From contig CM074806.1 in NCBI GenBank assembly GCA_037447605.1, positions 3,286,001 to 3,350,000 of the forward strand: a stretch of DNA of 64,000 nt. The letters are read 5' to 3'. A program made the position numbers and the translations under genes. The notes below the pieces were generated by a model that saw nothing but the letters and a program-made list of their open reading frames with translations, was not told the DNA's origin and did not search any database. Below, in pieces: positions 40,356 to 52,026 of the stretch (positions are counted from its first letter, which is position 1; every line of letters starts with the position of its first letter). Source of the stretch: Zygnema circumcarinatum SAG 698-1b. Its lineage: Eukaryota; Plantae; Zygnematophyceae.

Positions 40356-43300
40356 ATGCGCGTACCCGCCACCTTCTCGCGGCCTACCGGGGTCTTCATG
40401 TCACCCAAGTTGTGGTCCTCCTTCCACGGCAGCTCCAGCATCATGTCCCGGGTGGATCGGATCCCCCGAATCTTCCTTATCGTCTTCGCCGCCGTCTGCT
40501 GCTTCTTCCTTCTCTCCTCTCTCGTCAGTTCTCGTTCTTCAATAAAGTGCGATTCATCTGCAAGCGCCGTCGGGACTCTGGCGGCTGATGGCGCCTCTTT
40601 GGAAGCTGTAAGGAGGCCGCGGGAAGCCATGGAATACCAGGAGCTGGAGGCGGAGGTGAGGTCTCTGAAGGAGGAGTTGGAGACCCTACGAGCAGCATCT
40701 CCTTTAACTCTGCCTCCTCCGTCTCCACCTCCTCCGCCCCCTTCTCTCCCGCTTCCCTCTCTCACCATCTTCACCGCTCCCTTTCCTTACACAAAGTCCG
40801 GTCCAGACCCTCAACTCACTGCTTTGAAGTCATGGCTCTCATTGCGGCTGAAGCCGTCGGTCGTCCTGTTGGGAAACCATCCTTCTTTTAAACGCATTGC
40901 AGAAAAATTTTCAGGAGTTACAGTGCAGCCGAATGTGGACTTCAATTTCCGGGGGGTTCCCCTTGTGAGCTCCATTTTCGCAGTGGCGCAGGTGGCAAAA
41001 ACAGACTTGTCGATGATCATTTCGCCGGATGTTGTTCTCGGGGACGAAGCCTTTTCACTCTTAATCTCGAAGATTTATGCTGCTAAGCAATTCAAGCATT
41101 TCTTCCTTGTTTCTGCTGTTTTAGAGGTGCCTGAGCTTCCAGATGCCCTCAAAGCGATGAAGAGTAATGATGGAGTAGGTTCTGTGGTCGATACACAGAG
41201 CAAACCTGAATCTCTGCTTCCTGAACAATCAGAATCGCAAGGAGGATCTGACAAGCAGGCTCAGGAACAGCCGTTTATTGGCGGGAATATGCCGTCAAAC
41301 CGTATGCCTGAAGGTTTTGGCGGCAATGCTGCAAGAAGGCTGCTGGCTGACGCGGAAGAGAGTTCAGTGAATGAGCTACAGCAGAGTGCGAAGGAGTCAT
41401 CCATGGAGGGTCAGGCTACGGAGAACAATGAGAAGCTGAGTACAGAGGAAGTTGCAACAGAAGGGGCAGAGAACTCCGGGAAAGGCTCAGTGCGGTCGGT
41501 GGAGGAGGGACTGACTGAGGAAGAAACGCTCGCCTTGGAAATGAGAGTAGCTGTGATGGAGAAAGGCTCTCTACAGAAGGATGCAGAACTATTTGTGTGG
41601 AATCATCTGGATGTTCCACTGCACGGAGCTGTCACACCACCCTTTAGTTATGGTAGAGGCGCATATGCCAGCTGGCTGGTGAACGAAGTGACTGTAGCTG
41701 GGCTGAGGGAGGTACTGGATATAACGGAGGTAGCGATTCCTATGCGAGAGGAGCAAAGGGGAGAGGAGATTTCACGCAAAGGCAAAGACGGTATCAAGTT
41801 TAGTCAGAAAAGAGTCTGGAATACCCCCAGAGTGTCTCGATGGGAGACTGTAGTAAATCGACATTTAGCACTTTGGAGAGGCAACTATTCGGATCAAAAG
41901 GGGAGCTTGACGTGGACTTCATGGAGGGTTATGTCATGCAATGAGGCGGATGGTAAGGAGAACTCAACAGTGGCCCTTTTATAAGTAGGGATCGAGCAGT
42001 TGACTGTAGATTATGGCAGCAAATCGATAATGTTGAGGTTGATACTGCTTGCACCTGTAGCATTGCTACGTTGACTGTATTCTGTGATCTGTCCTTGTTC
42101 TGGTGGATGTGTGGAAAATTGTCTGGAAGAGTAAAGCCCATCTTTGATTGTGGCTATTGCCACTTCCATCCTAGGGAAGGAGAAATAAGGACCAGCAGGT
42201 GCGAGCAAAATTGCACGTCCTCCATCGAGGCCTCATACTTTTGGGTTGCGGTATTACATTAGAGAATTCATACTGCGCTGAGATACTTTGAGCTGACAAT
42301 AGGTGAGCATCAACAGATCACGTTTCCGTGCCATACCATGGCATGGCATGCCATGCCATACCATGCCATGCTGATTCAGATGGCCACGGATGCAAGCTTC
42401 TGTACATCCACCCATGGGGCTTCTGTCTTGAAAACGACTCTAACAGACCTGCTGCGATGAAAGCCGCCCGGCTCATTGCGGAAGTTTGAACGCACGGCAT
42501 ACTCTTCTGCATGGGCACGTAGGGAATCTGAATGGCGTTGCTTCTAGTCAGTTTATTCATTAATTCAATTAGCTCCAGTTTGGAATTTGGGAAAACTCAG
42601 CTTTGCCAGCCAGTTAGAAAGCTAGGAATTGAACTACTTTTCTGTGTTTAAGCTTCTGCCTTCTCCGCCTCTTCTCACCTTCTCCTTTGTTGTTTCACTC
42701 TCCCATCTCCCCCTGACTTACTGTTCTTTCCTACGCCTCTCAGCCCATTTCTCTATTCCTGATCGCCCTGTCCCGTCTACGCTAGCAATTCAAAGTTGTC
42801 CTCTTTCAATGAAAGATTGCATCGGCAAGAGCTAGATTTATCCCATTCGCAATTCTTGTCGGGCTGGTGTTGAGTTCAGTAAAGATGTTTGTAAGTAATG
42901 CTTAGAAGTGCTGTGAAATTGCAGAGCATCTCTCGGCCAGGACCATGCCGATAGGTAGAGTGATATGAGAGTTTGGAGAACCTAACTCAGAAGGTCTTAA
43001 GTTAGGACATCTGTAAACGTTTTACTGCTTGCCTCAGGCTGACATATTCCAGGATCTGTTGTCGCTTCCCCATGTCCGTCTCGTTCCTTTTCATAGTTCA
43101 ACGAGGGTTTGGTAGTTCCCCCAAATAGTGAAGCTTCATTTGTTCTTGGTTGTTGGATTAATTGAATGATATTACCTTCTACTGGAATGAAGGATCTCTG
43201 TTTCGTTCTCCTTCTTCATATTGCTTGCTCACTTTAGCCTCCTGAAAGCTCAAGAGTGTAACACAGACTTTACGCGGAAATGCTGCGTTCTTACATAAAG

Positions 43301-45281
43301 GAAAAGCAATTGCAACTCAGGCTGGGAACACACCCTGCAATCATTACATGTAGGGGAAGAAAGAGGGAGGTTGGATGCCCAACCGGGTGCTAAATTTGCG
43401 TGGAAGAGGAGGGAGAGGGAGGAGGTTGGGGGTTTGGTTAATACATGGGAATGAGGACTGCAAGAGGGTGCAGCGACAGAGAATGAGGGAGGCATGATAG
43501 ATGCGGAAGGAGGTGAGGCAAGGAGAGTTGGGGAGGAGGGACGAAGAATTGGAGAGGGAAGTGATGGGAAGGAAGTGAGAGAGGGAGGGAGTGGAGAAGG
43601 TTAGAGTCTGGAGAGTTCATGGGCGAGGAAAGTGATTGAGGAGGGGAAGAACGGTTTTGGAGAGGTTTTGGCTGGCAAAGGATGGAAACCCAAGTGGGGG
43701 AAGGGAGGTGATTTCGCAAGGTGGAGGAGACAAGTAGCGAAAATTTGGAAATTAGCAGAGGGAAGATGAGAGGGTAGCTATTTGGAAGAGGCGAAGAGAA
43801 CAAAATGGAGAAGGCATACAAAAGAGAAAAGGCGAACAGGGTAGCAAAATGGTGTACAGAGAAACGAGATGAGAGCAGAAAATGAGAGAGGAAGAGTGAG
43901 GTGCAAGCCAAAAGGACTAGATGCAGGACAAAGGAGTAGATGGGGAAAGTCGAGTCAAGAGTAGGCATAATAGGAAGTGAAGGGGCCTAGGCAGCAGAAG
44001 CGAGAATAGTGATGAAAAAGTGAAGGAAAGAGAAGTTCTTTCCTTTTATCTAAACCCTCTCTCGTTCTTTTTTAGTCTCCTCCATTTTTTTTTTGTCCCA
44101 ATAAATCCGTCAACATTGTGGTTTCCTTTTTTCTCTTTTTGACATTTCCTCTGTTTCTCCTGCCCTTGCTCCCAGCTAGCAACATGTGCATCGTAAAACG
44201 GCGACGGCCTGGAGTGTGCAGCTGCGAATACTCCGCCTACGTGAACAAGTCAGAACTGGACCCAGTTGGTGTGCATGGAAAACTGTTGTGTGGAAGCTCC
44301 CCAAAAGAGGACAGGGGCAATGACGTGTTTAGCGGAAGGACGGATGTTTTGGAGGAAGGCGACAGTGCGTCAAACTTGATTCATACGCCAGAACGGTTGC
44401 TTCCGTATGTGGCGGATGAGAACAAAGTTGTTATTCTGGTCGCAGTCAGTCAAAAGTATTTCGCCATGTTGATGAGCTTCATTTGTCGGCTTCGAGAGCT
44501 TGGGCTGCCGATGCCTCTTATTGCAGCTATGGATGACGGGCTATACAACCTCGCCTACCAGCACGGTCTTTCTGTATACTACGAGCAAGCAGGCAACATA
44601 ATGTCTCAGATAAAGAATGCATCGAATTGCGGGTTTGCAACAGAATGTTTTGCTAAAATCACAAAAGTTAAGTCGAGGGCAGTCCTGAGAATTTTGAAGA
44701 TGGGTTATACTGTGCTGTGGAGTGACGTTGACATCTGGTGGTTCAAGGACCCTCGACCAGGATTTGAAGCTTTTGGCCCGGGGGTCTTTCCTCTGCAAAG
44801 CAACGAGTACAATATGTCTTATGCAGCCAATGTCCCGCGGCAAGGAGGCGGCATTAATTCTGGTCTTTATTACGCTCGATCCGAGATGCAAGTGATTGAA
44901 GCTTTTGGGAAGATTGTCACTCGGGCGGCGGCTTCCCCCTCATGGATTTCGGAGCAGCCGAGCTTTTATGATGAGCTTTGCGGTGAGAAAGGGGAGTTTC
45001 GGAAAGGTGACGATGAATGCGCGTATCCCAATGGCCTGAAGGTGGTGTTGCTCGATCGCCGTGTTCATCCAAACGGCCTGTACAACTTCACGTGGTTTGA
45101 GGTGAACGTGACGAAGTCGTGCTTAGACATGGGATGTGAGACTCTTCACAATAACTATCGATCAGGAATTGTAGAAAAGGCCGAACGATTCAAACAACAT
45201 AACCTTTGGCGCTATGACGAAGAGACGGAGCTGTGCCACTACGATTGGAATGCCAAGACTCGAGCTTCGAGTGGAAAATGA
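40356..45281 (+). CDS. RAY1: Beta-arabinofuranosyltransferase RAY1-like (GT77 nucleotide-diphospho-sugar transferase)
   Basis: Exon 1 (40356-41952): TM anchor, LTIFTAP.P, ALKSWL, VDFNFRGVP, WNH.D.PLHGAV.PPF.YGRG. Exon 2 (44176-45281): MLMSFICRLREL, CGFATECFAKITKVKSRAVLRILKMGY.VLWSDVD (DxD), INSGLYYARS, SEQPSFYD.LCG, LDR...PNG, LHNN. Phase-1 junction is consistent. Confidence 0.9.
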
Positions 45282-46937
45282 AGGTAGCAGTGTTGGTAAC
45301 ATGTTTTTTCTTCAAAGCAGGGATCCTAAAGGTAGCAAATGGAAAGAATAGGTTAGACACCCGAGCTTCTGAGTGTGTGGGAGGATGTCTCGTCATTTGA
45401 CGGAAATCGAAGCAGATTGGGTTCTGGGTTCATTCAACCGGAGCTTCACAGGAAAACTCGGGTGCTTTCCCTCGCTTGGCAGTCCTTGCAAGGATGAAGC
45501 CCTTCAGCTTGGTCGAAGAGTCCTCGAGTGGTTCTAAAGGGCAGACTTACATGCTCCCTTGGTGTTGTAGAGTACGGATTTTTTAGCACGAGGGGGGGGC
45601 TCGCATTGAGGGCCAAGATAGAGCGTGAGGACTATTGGGCGGGTACCAACAACCCTGTCCATAGCTCCGTGGCACTTTAGGGGGGAGGGGGGACAATATG
45701 GAGCTACGGAGTACTGTGGGCAGGAGGCGGCCTTTGGGAGGATGCGAGAGAGCTCAGTAGGGAGGATTTTTTCGACGATTCTTTTTGGCTCATTAGTGCC
45801 CGCAATGTTCAATTCTTGGCTTGGTGGCTGAAGGTTGTAACAACTGTTTCGTTAAAGCAAAACATCGATTGTCTACAAATGTCATGGACCGGTTGTTTTT
45901 TGGAAGTTTCCCTTCATTGATGTGCTCTAAGTATACGTTCTCATGGTCCAACTTTCTTCAACTGGTTGAAGCTCTGGAGTTGAAAGACTGAGGCAAAAAA
46001 AAATTCAACCTCTGAAATGAAGTTTTTCAACTAGCTCCTTGAACTCGTTGAACTTCGGACCATTGGCAATGGTTGGATGGATCGAGAACCACTGGTTCGC
46101 AACCATTCCCTGCGACTTGTTACTTTCCAATGGTTCGTCCGCTTGCTCAAAACTACGCCTTGAAAATTCCGCACTTGGCAGGTTTGAGACTCGGTTTGAC
46201 TCCCGCGGGCCGTCGCAGCACAGAGCGCCATCACAAGAGTCGCAACAACAATGTCCATTCCGCACTTTTAGGCGACTCTTCAAATTTGTATGGAAGACAT
46301 AATTTGCCATTTTCCAAATGTTGAAGCCCATCCGAGCGTGAATTGCGTCTGACGTGGCGTGGCGTGACGTGCTGGCGCAGAGTTAGACGGGCAGGGTTTC
46401 GAACCTTGGAGAGTGGACCGTACAGCGCGCGCACGGGACAAAAGAGGTACCGTACGGTAAAAAGTACAGCGGGCGTGGAAGCTCTAACTTGAATGCCGTT
46501 TTTTGTCGGATTTTCGCAGTACCGTATGGTAGTTATTTTCGTTTGTGTCCCACTCCCACATCACCTCGGCCGTACGGTATCCCTGAAGGCCAAGATAGAA
46601 AGCCAACGACAGAAACAAGACCGGTCTCGTGTGAACATGCACTGTTCGGCGCACTGTTTCTTACGCCACGTGTCACTTCTCGCACTTGTCGACAGCGATG
46701 CAGACAAAATTTCGTGACTTTGTACGGCTGCGCCACGTGACCTTGCAACCGACAAAACTCACCAAGCTAACGGCCTCGGATTTTCTTTATTCTTTTTTAA
46801 ATACCGCAGTGTGCTCGAAAACGAAACTAAATTCCATTTTTGGTCCGATCCACGACGGAATCCTGCCCGAGAAAATATTTCGAGGGCCCGCCCCGCGATC
46901 CTTGAGAGGGCGACGCTCCGAGGAAGACGACGCAGCC

Positions 46938-47484
46938 ATGGTTGAAGCGGCGCTCCAGGGCTGTCGCGGCCGCCATGGCCTCTCTCGCTACTCCATCCCA
47001 GTGGCGATTCTGCTATTTTCCTGCCAATTTTCTTACGCATATGAAGATGCGCGTGGCAGCCGATTCTCTGCTCTCATTGAGCTTCCCTCACAACGTGCGG
47101 AAGCTGCAGGAAGCTCCGCCGCCATGGCGGGGTCAGAGGAAGATTCATTCAGTGCGAGGGAATCTCCAGAGATGGATTTTGAGGAAGCGCATGTGCGTAT
47201 TTCTCTGCAGTTGCGCCTCTCTGAGGAGCTGCTGAGGCGCCATATATTTGAGGAGGAAGCGGTCGGAAGGAAGCTGCAGGCGGTGGTGGAGGCGGCGTGG
47301 AGGGACCTGCAAGTTGGAGATTTCCTGGAACCCTTCAAGATATTTGGGAGAGTTGTAAAGGTGGTGCCGCCTGGGGAGATCGCTGTGTGGCTGAACCGGA
47401 CGGAAGTGATGGAGAGGATTAAGCGGAGGGCTGCACAATCAAATGTCTCTGTTGAATGTGAGATGGCTTGTGATAATTCACTCT

Positions 47485-47536
<52 letters not shown>

Positions 47537-50511
47537 TTCTCTTCCAATTCTTCGTTCCTTTTTTTTAATTTTGAAAATCATTCTCAGATGAGAGTTTTTG
47601 CAAATAATCTAAAAGCTGTGCATTGCGAGGTAAATTCAATGCTTCTATTCGGTGAACTCTATTTTTCTATATTCAGGATCACTCTTCAGGGATGTCCAGC
47701 TTCTGTGTGAAGTGATTTCAGCTATTAAGGGCTCGACATGCATGTCCAGTGTCCAAGGTTACACTATTCGGAAGTAATGGACATGGTTGTGAGGATCATC
47801 GTTCCGGAGAGTTCCGAAGGAGGATTGTTAGTTATCAGAATGGAAAAATCCATGAAGCATTATCGGGATTTTTCTCCAATGAATGCGTCTGGCTCTGTCT
47901 TGCATATTTTATCTTCTTCAATACAGAACATGATGACAAAGTCAAAGTGCATTTCGAATTCACGGATCAATATTATTTCATTTTTTGTTTGAATTTTGAA
48001 GTTTGTAATCCAAATCCCTTATCATTCCTCCCATTATTCGTTTCCCTCTGATGCAGTATATATTCAGGAGATATTGATAAACAAAAACATTGATTCTGAC
48101 GAACCTTCAAATGTGGCAACCACACTCGGAACCTACGAAGTTCGGAGTTCTTCGTAAGTCGCTTGTTTTCTAGACGATGGAAGTGGATTTCTTCCTTGGC
48201 TACCTGGCGACTGATGAAGGATTGGAAGGGATTCATACTTAAGGAGGCGGCTCTAGTGTGGTGCAAGATGCAACAGTTAGAAGATGTAACTTGTGAAGGA
48301 GTCGTATTTGTTGATAAGGCACCAACCAGAACCTAGGGATTCACCTATGCCGCTAAGTGTCACACTGTAACGACGTTGCTTTTTTGGCTCCATTCAGGTA
48401 TGAAGGCTCGGGAAAAATCAGTGTGGGTACCTTCGTGATTCGATGGAAGGAAGAACAAGTTCGAGCTGATGCCTCCAGCAACAATGGATTGTTACAGAGC
48501 ATTCGAAAGTTGCGAGGAGCACTTCTACGCGGGCGTGAAAGGAGCGAGGAAGATGAGCTTGCAGCGCATGCCAGTGGAGACCATCGTGAATTTGAGGACG
48601 CCACGTGGCAGTGGTCCATCACTTCAGCAGCGTGGGATCATGGCCGTGACCATGACCATGATCATGACCGTGACCATGACCATGACCATGACCATGACCA
48701 TGACCATGACCATGACCGTGACCATGGCCACGACCATGACCATGGTCACGATCACCACTCTGGTCGAGACCATCATCATCCACCACCTCCAAGCCCTTCA
48801 CCACCGCCACCTGGCCACGACCATGACCATGGTCACCACCGTGGCCGTGACCACGACCATGACCATGGCCATGGCCGTGACCATGGTCACCATCATGGCC
48901 GTGACCACGACCATGATCACGATCACCATTCTGGTAGAGGCCATCATCATCCCCCATCCCCAAGCCCGTCGCCGCCGCCACCTTCCCCTCCACCCCCTCC
49001 TCCTTATTCTCCAAAGCTTCCATCGCCTTCACCATCTCCCCCACCACCCCCATATCCTCGTCCCTCCCCGAATCCCCCGTCTTCACCTTCCCCTTCACCC
49101 TCCTCAAATCCTCCTACGTCACCTCCGCCGTATCCCTCACCCTCGCCACCTCCTCCATCCCCGCCGCCTCCTCATCCTCCACTCCCATCGTCACCCTCAC
49201 CCCCTCCTCCAAATCCTCCGTCCAGTCCTCCTTCTCAACCCCCCTCCCATCCCCCCCCTGTGCCCCCTGAACCCTCTCCAGAGCCGAAGGAATCACCTCC
49301 TCCCCCTCAAAAGCCTCCTTCGCCAAGGGGTGGCGATTGCGGGAAACCGTGAGTAGTTTTCTTTGCCAGCTCCGCATATTTTAAGCATTAGACGTTTTTT
49401 TTCTAGTTATAACTGTGTGGAGATACCCAAGAAGGTCATCGTAGCTGTTGGAGCGCATACTTGCACCGACCTCGCGGAGATCCACGAAACCTGATCTTGC
49501 CTTTAGCTGCGTTTGGTCTTGTTTTCAAATTGTTCTTACTAGGGAGCCCTGAATTAATTGGATGTGAAGGTTGTTTGTGCTAGTAGCTCTTGAATGAGTC
49601 TTGCTGTAACATTTCATTCTGCTTTGAAACCCTTATGACAATTGAAGAGTTTACTTTCCAGTTATTCGCCACAGTCTCTGATGTACCTGAAACTGGGGGG
49701 CCCCCTCGTCCCAGGCTTGAGGCCTGCGACTTCTACTTCCAGCTCCATTCAACGGATGTTCCCTCCATCTACATCGGAGCAGGCATGGAGGATATAGCGC
49801 CCGCTAGTCCTCCTATTTATGCAAATCGAACGTATGTCTGTTACTGTATTCTGCATTTTAGTTATCTCTATGAAGTTAAGGATCTCGTCTAAATCATTGT
49901 TTGGTAGTGGTCATTGTTTTCCTTTACATCTTTACTCTTTCGCTCTTTTTGTAGTCTCTCATACTTCCCTTTCTCACTCCCCCCTCTCTAGTTGCCTCTT
50001 TCTCATGTTCATACTGTTTTTGGGGCTGAGTCCGCTGCAGAAAAGCGGCCGTTGAAGTCGCAAACATGAACGGCAACTTGCTGCTGGTAAACCTTCAGAA
50101 ATCGATTTCAAATCCTCTCTTCTACCCATATCAGGTACGCTGTTTCCAGTTCCCCGGGACGATATACTTTCCTTTCCGCCCTTTATCCTGTGAAGTCATC
50201 ACTTCCAGACATTGCTGCATGAACGCATCTTCGACTTAACGGCTGTGCTTTGTTTGTAAGGAACAAAAAGGATTTCACGTCTTGAATTAATTATTGTTTC
50301 TCGCATACATGGTGTGCCAATACTTTATCTTTTTCAGGGCAACATGATCGGGGTTCGAATCTACAACAAGCCGACAACAGAATTTAGGTACCAATGTTGC
50401 CGCCTGCAGCTGACTTCAATTCAGTTCCCGGATGGAACTAACTTGAATCCAAATGATGGCAACAAAGAATATCCGCAAGCGCGGAGATGTATCGATTTCT
50501 ATACGACCTGA
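46938..50511 (+). CDS. Uncharacterised secreted modular protein: N-terminal globular domain, His-Asp repeat, extensin-like Ser-Pro region, Cys-containing C-terminal domain
   Basis: GCAGCCATGG start and hydrophobic signal ([17 protein letters not shown]). Exon 48399-49349 encodes (HD)n and SPPPP tracts. Phase-consistent exons 49408-49435, 49662-49831, 50041-50134 and 50338-50511 give [18 protein letters not shown]...CDFYFQL...[10 protein letters not shown]...YQCCRL...RRCIDFYTT*. The second exon (~47729-47887) is less certain. Confidence 0.8.
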
Positions 50512-52026
50512 GAAAGCAGTGCTGCTTGTGTGTACTTTATAACGATACGAGATGAACTCTGCGAGAGCATGCGCGGCTAGAAAAGTTGGGCATTTTCTTT
50601 CTTTTTCCTGCGTGTACTTAAGCATGTGCACGTTGGTGTAGGCGCATCCCATTTTTGCTCACTTCACTCCCAACGTTTGGATTCTCCCCAAAGACAATTG
50701 TCATTTTGAAATGGATGAAACCATCATGGGGAACCACGAGGAGCCGGCCACAAAGTCTCTCACTGCTCGAAGCTTTGTTTTGTTGGTCGGAGACTCGACA
50801 GAGTACGCGAAGGCAGCCGCCGAAGTGTCCGTCAAAGTCGGTGCGATGCCTCTCCAAGCGGCCTCGCCCACCGTCGATCCCCCCAACCCTCGGACGGTCG
50901 CGCCCTCCCCGCCGTCCGATGACGGCGGTTTGGCCTCGCCCAATCCCTCCCCCGGCCGCCCCTCCCTCCGCTCCGACCGCTGTACGAACCACACCCGGAT
51001 CACAGCCGTCACCGTACGGTATGGTACGGCCGCATTGAAGCAGGCCCCGACCCTGGCCGGTTACCATACGAACCATGTACGGCGCGCCCGCGGGCGGCAC
51101 GTGGCCCGCCCGCCCGCCCGCCTACGCCAATCATAACGCGAGCCGCGCCCCACATGCCGAGATCGCGCGGCGGCTGCCAGGGGGACGTACGAACCGTACG
51201 GACAGCCAGCGGCCGCGGCACGTTACGCGCCCATTGGCTCCACATTGTGCGGGATTACAAATGAGGCTATTTCTGAACTGGATCGAACGGATTTGTGCAT
51301 GGAGCCGCCGTGCTGGGTGACGGGGACGGAACTGAGGGCGTTTGGAGGCGGGGGGGGGGGGGAAACGGCAGGAGCTGCCTGGGGCCTACACTCTCATCTG
51401 GATGGGCGCTTTATCCACGGCAATATCTTGCTTGTGCAGGAAACAAGGCAACGTTATAATCTCTTCTGCAAGCGGCGCTTTGCTATTCCTGTCGCGGTGA
51501 GTCAAATTTCCCGCAAAATCTTGCTTCCGGGGCTGAATGGCATGCAGGTTTTGCTAAGATAGAGTGGTTTGTCGAAAATGTTTGCATGCCAACAGAGGCG
51601 TTGTGGACTGCAATGCGGTTTGTAAGATAACAATGGCAAACTACGGCCTTACATTTTGCGCCTGCACGTCAGAACGTTGCTGCTTGGATTCTAGGGTTCC
51701 AATGAGTCTAGGGTTAGAAGGCGAGCTGACTGGACGTGCCTTTATGAAGTTTCCAACTCTGTTGGATGCCCTATTTCCAATATGTTATAGCGTGTCTCTT
51801 AACCGGCTTGTCTAGCTTGGAGGAGACGGTGATGATCGAGCCCTGATCTCCGGCATCACAAAACTAATGCTTGTCCTGGCTCTCCGTACATCTCTACTCT
51901 GTTCACGTTACCTCCGTCCTAGCACAGGCAGTGTGCCGTCTCATGATCCTACGCAGGCCTTGTGCGTTGCAGACAATAAAAGGAGCTTAACTTGGCTGTC
52001 GCGATTTCTCCAGCACATTCGTAACC

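Noticed and set aside
46687-46694. TGTCGACA zinc-deficiency-element core upstream of the His-rich gene
   Set aside because: Both flanking bases miss the RTGTCGACAY consensus, and one or two 8-mer hits are expected by chance in 64 kb.
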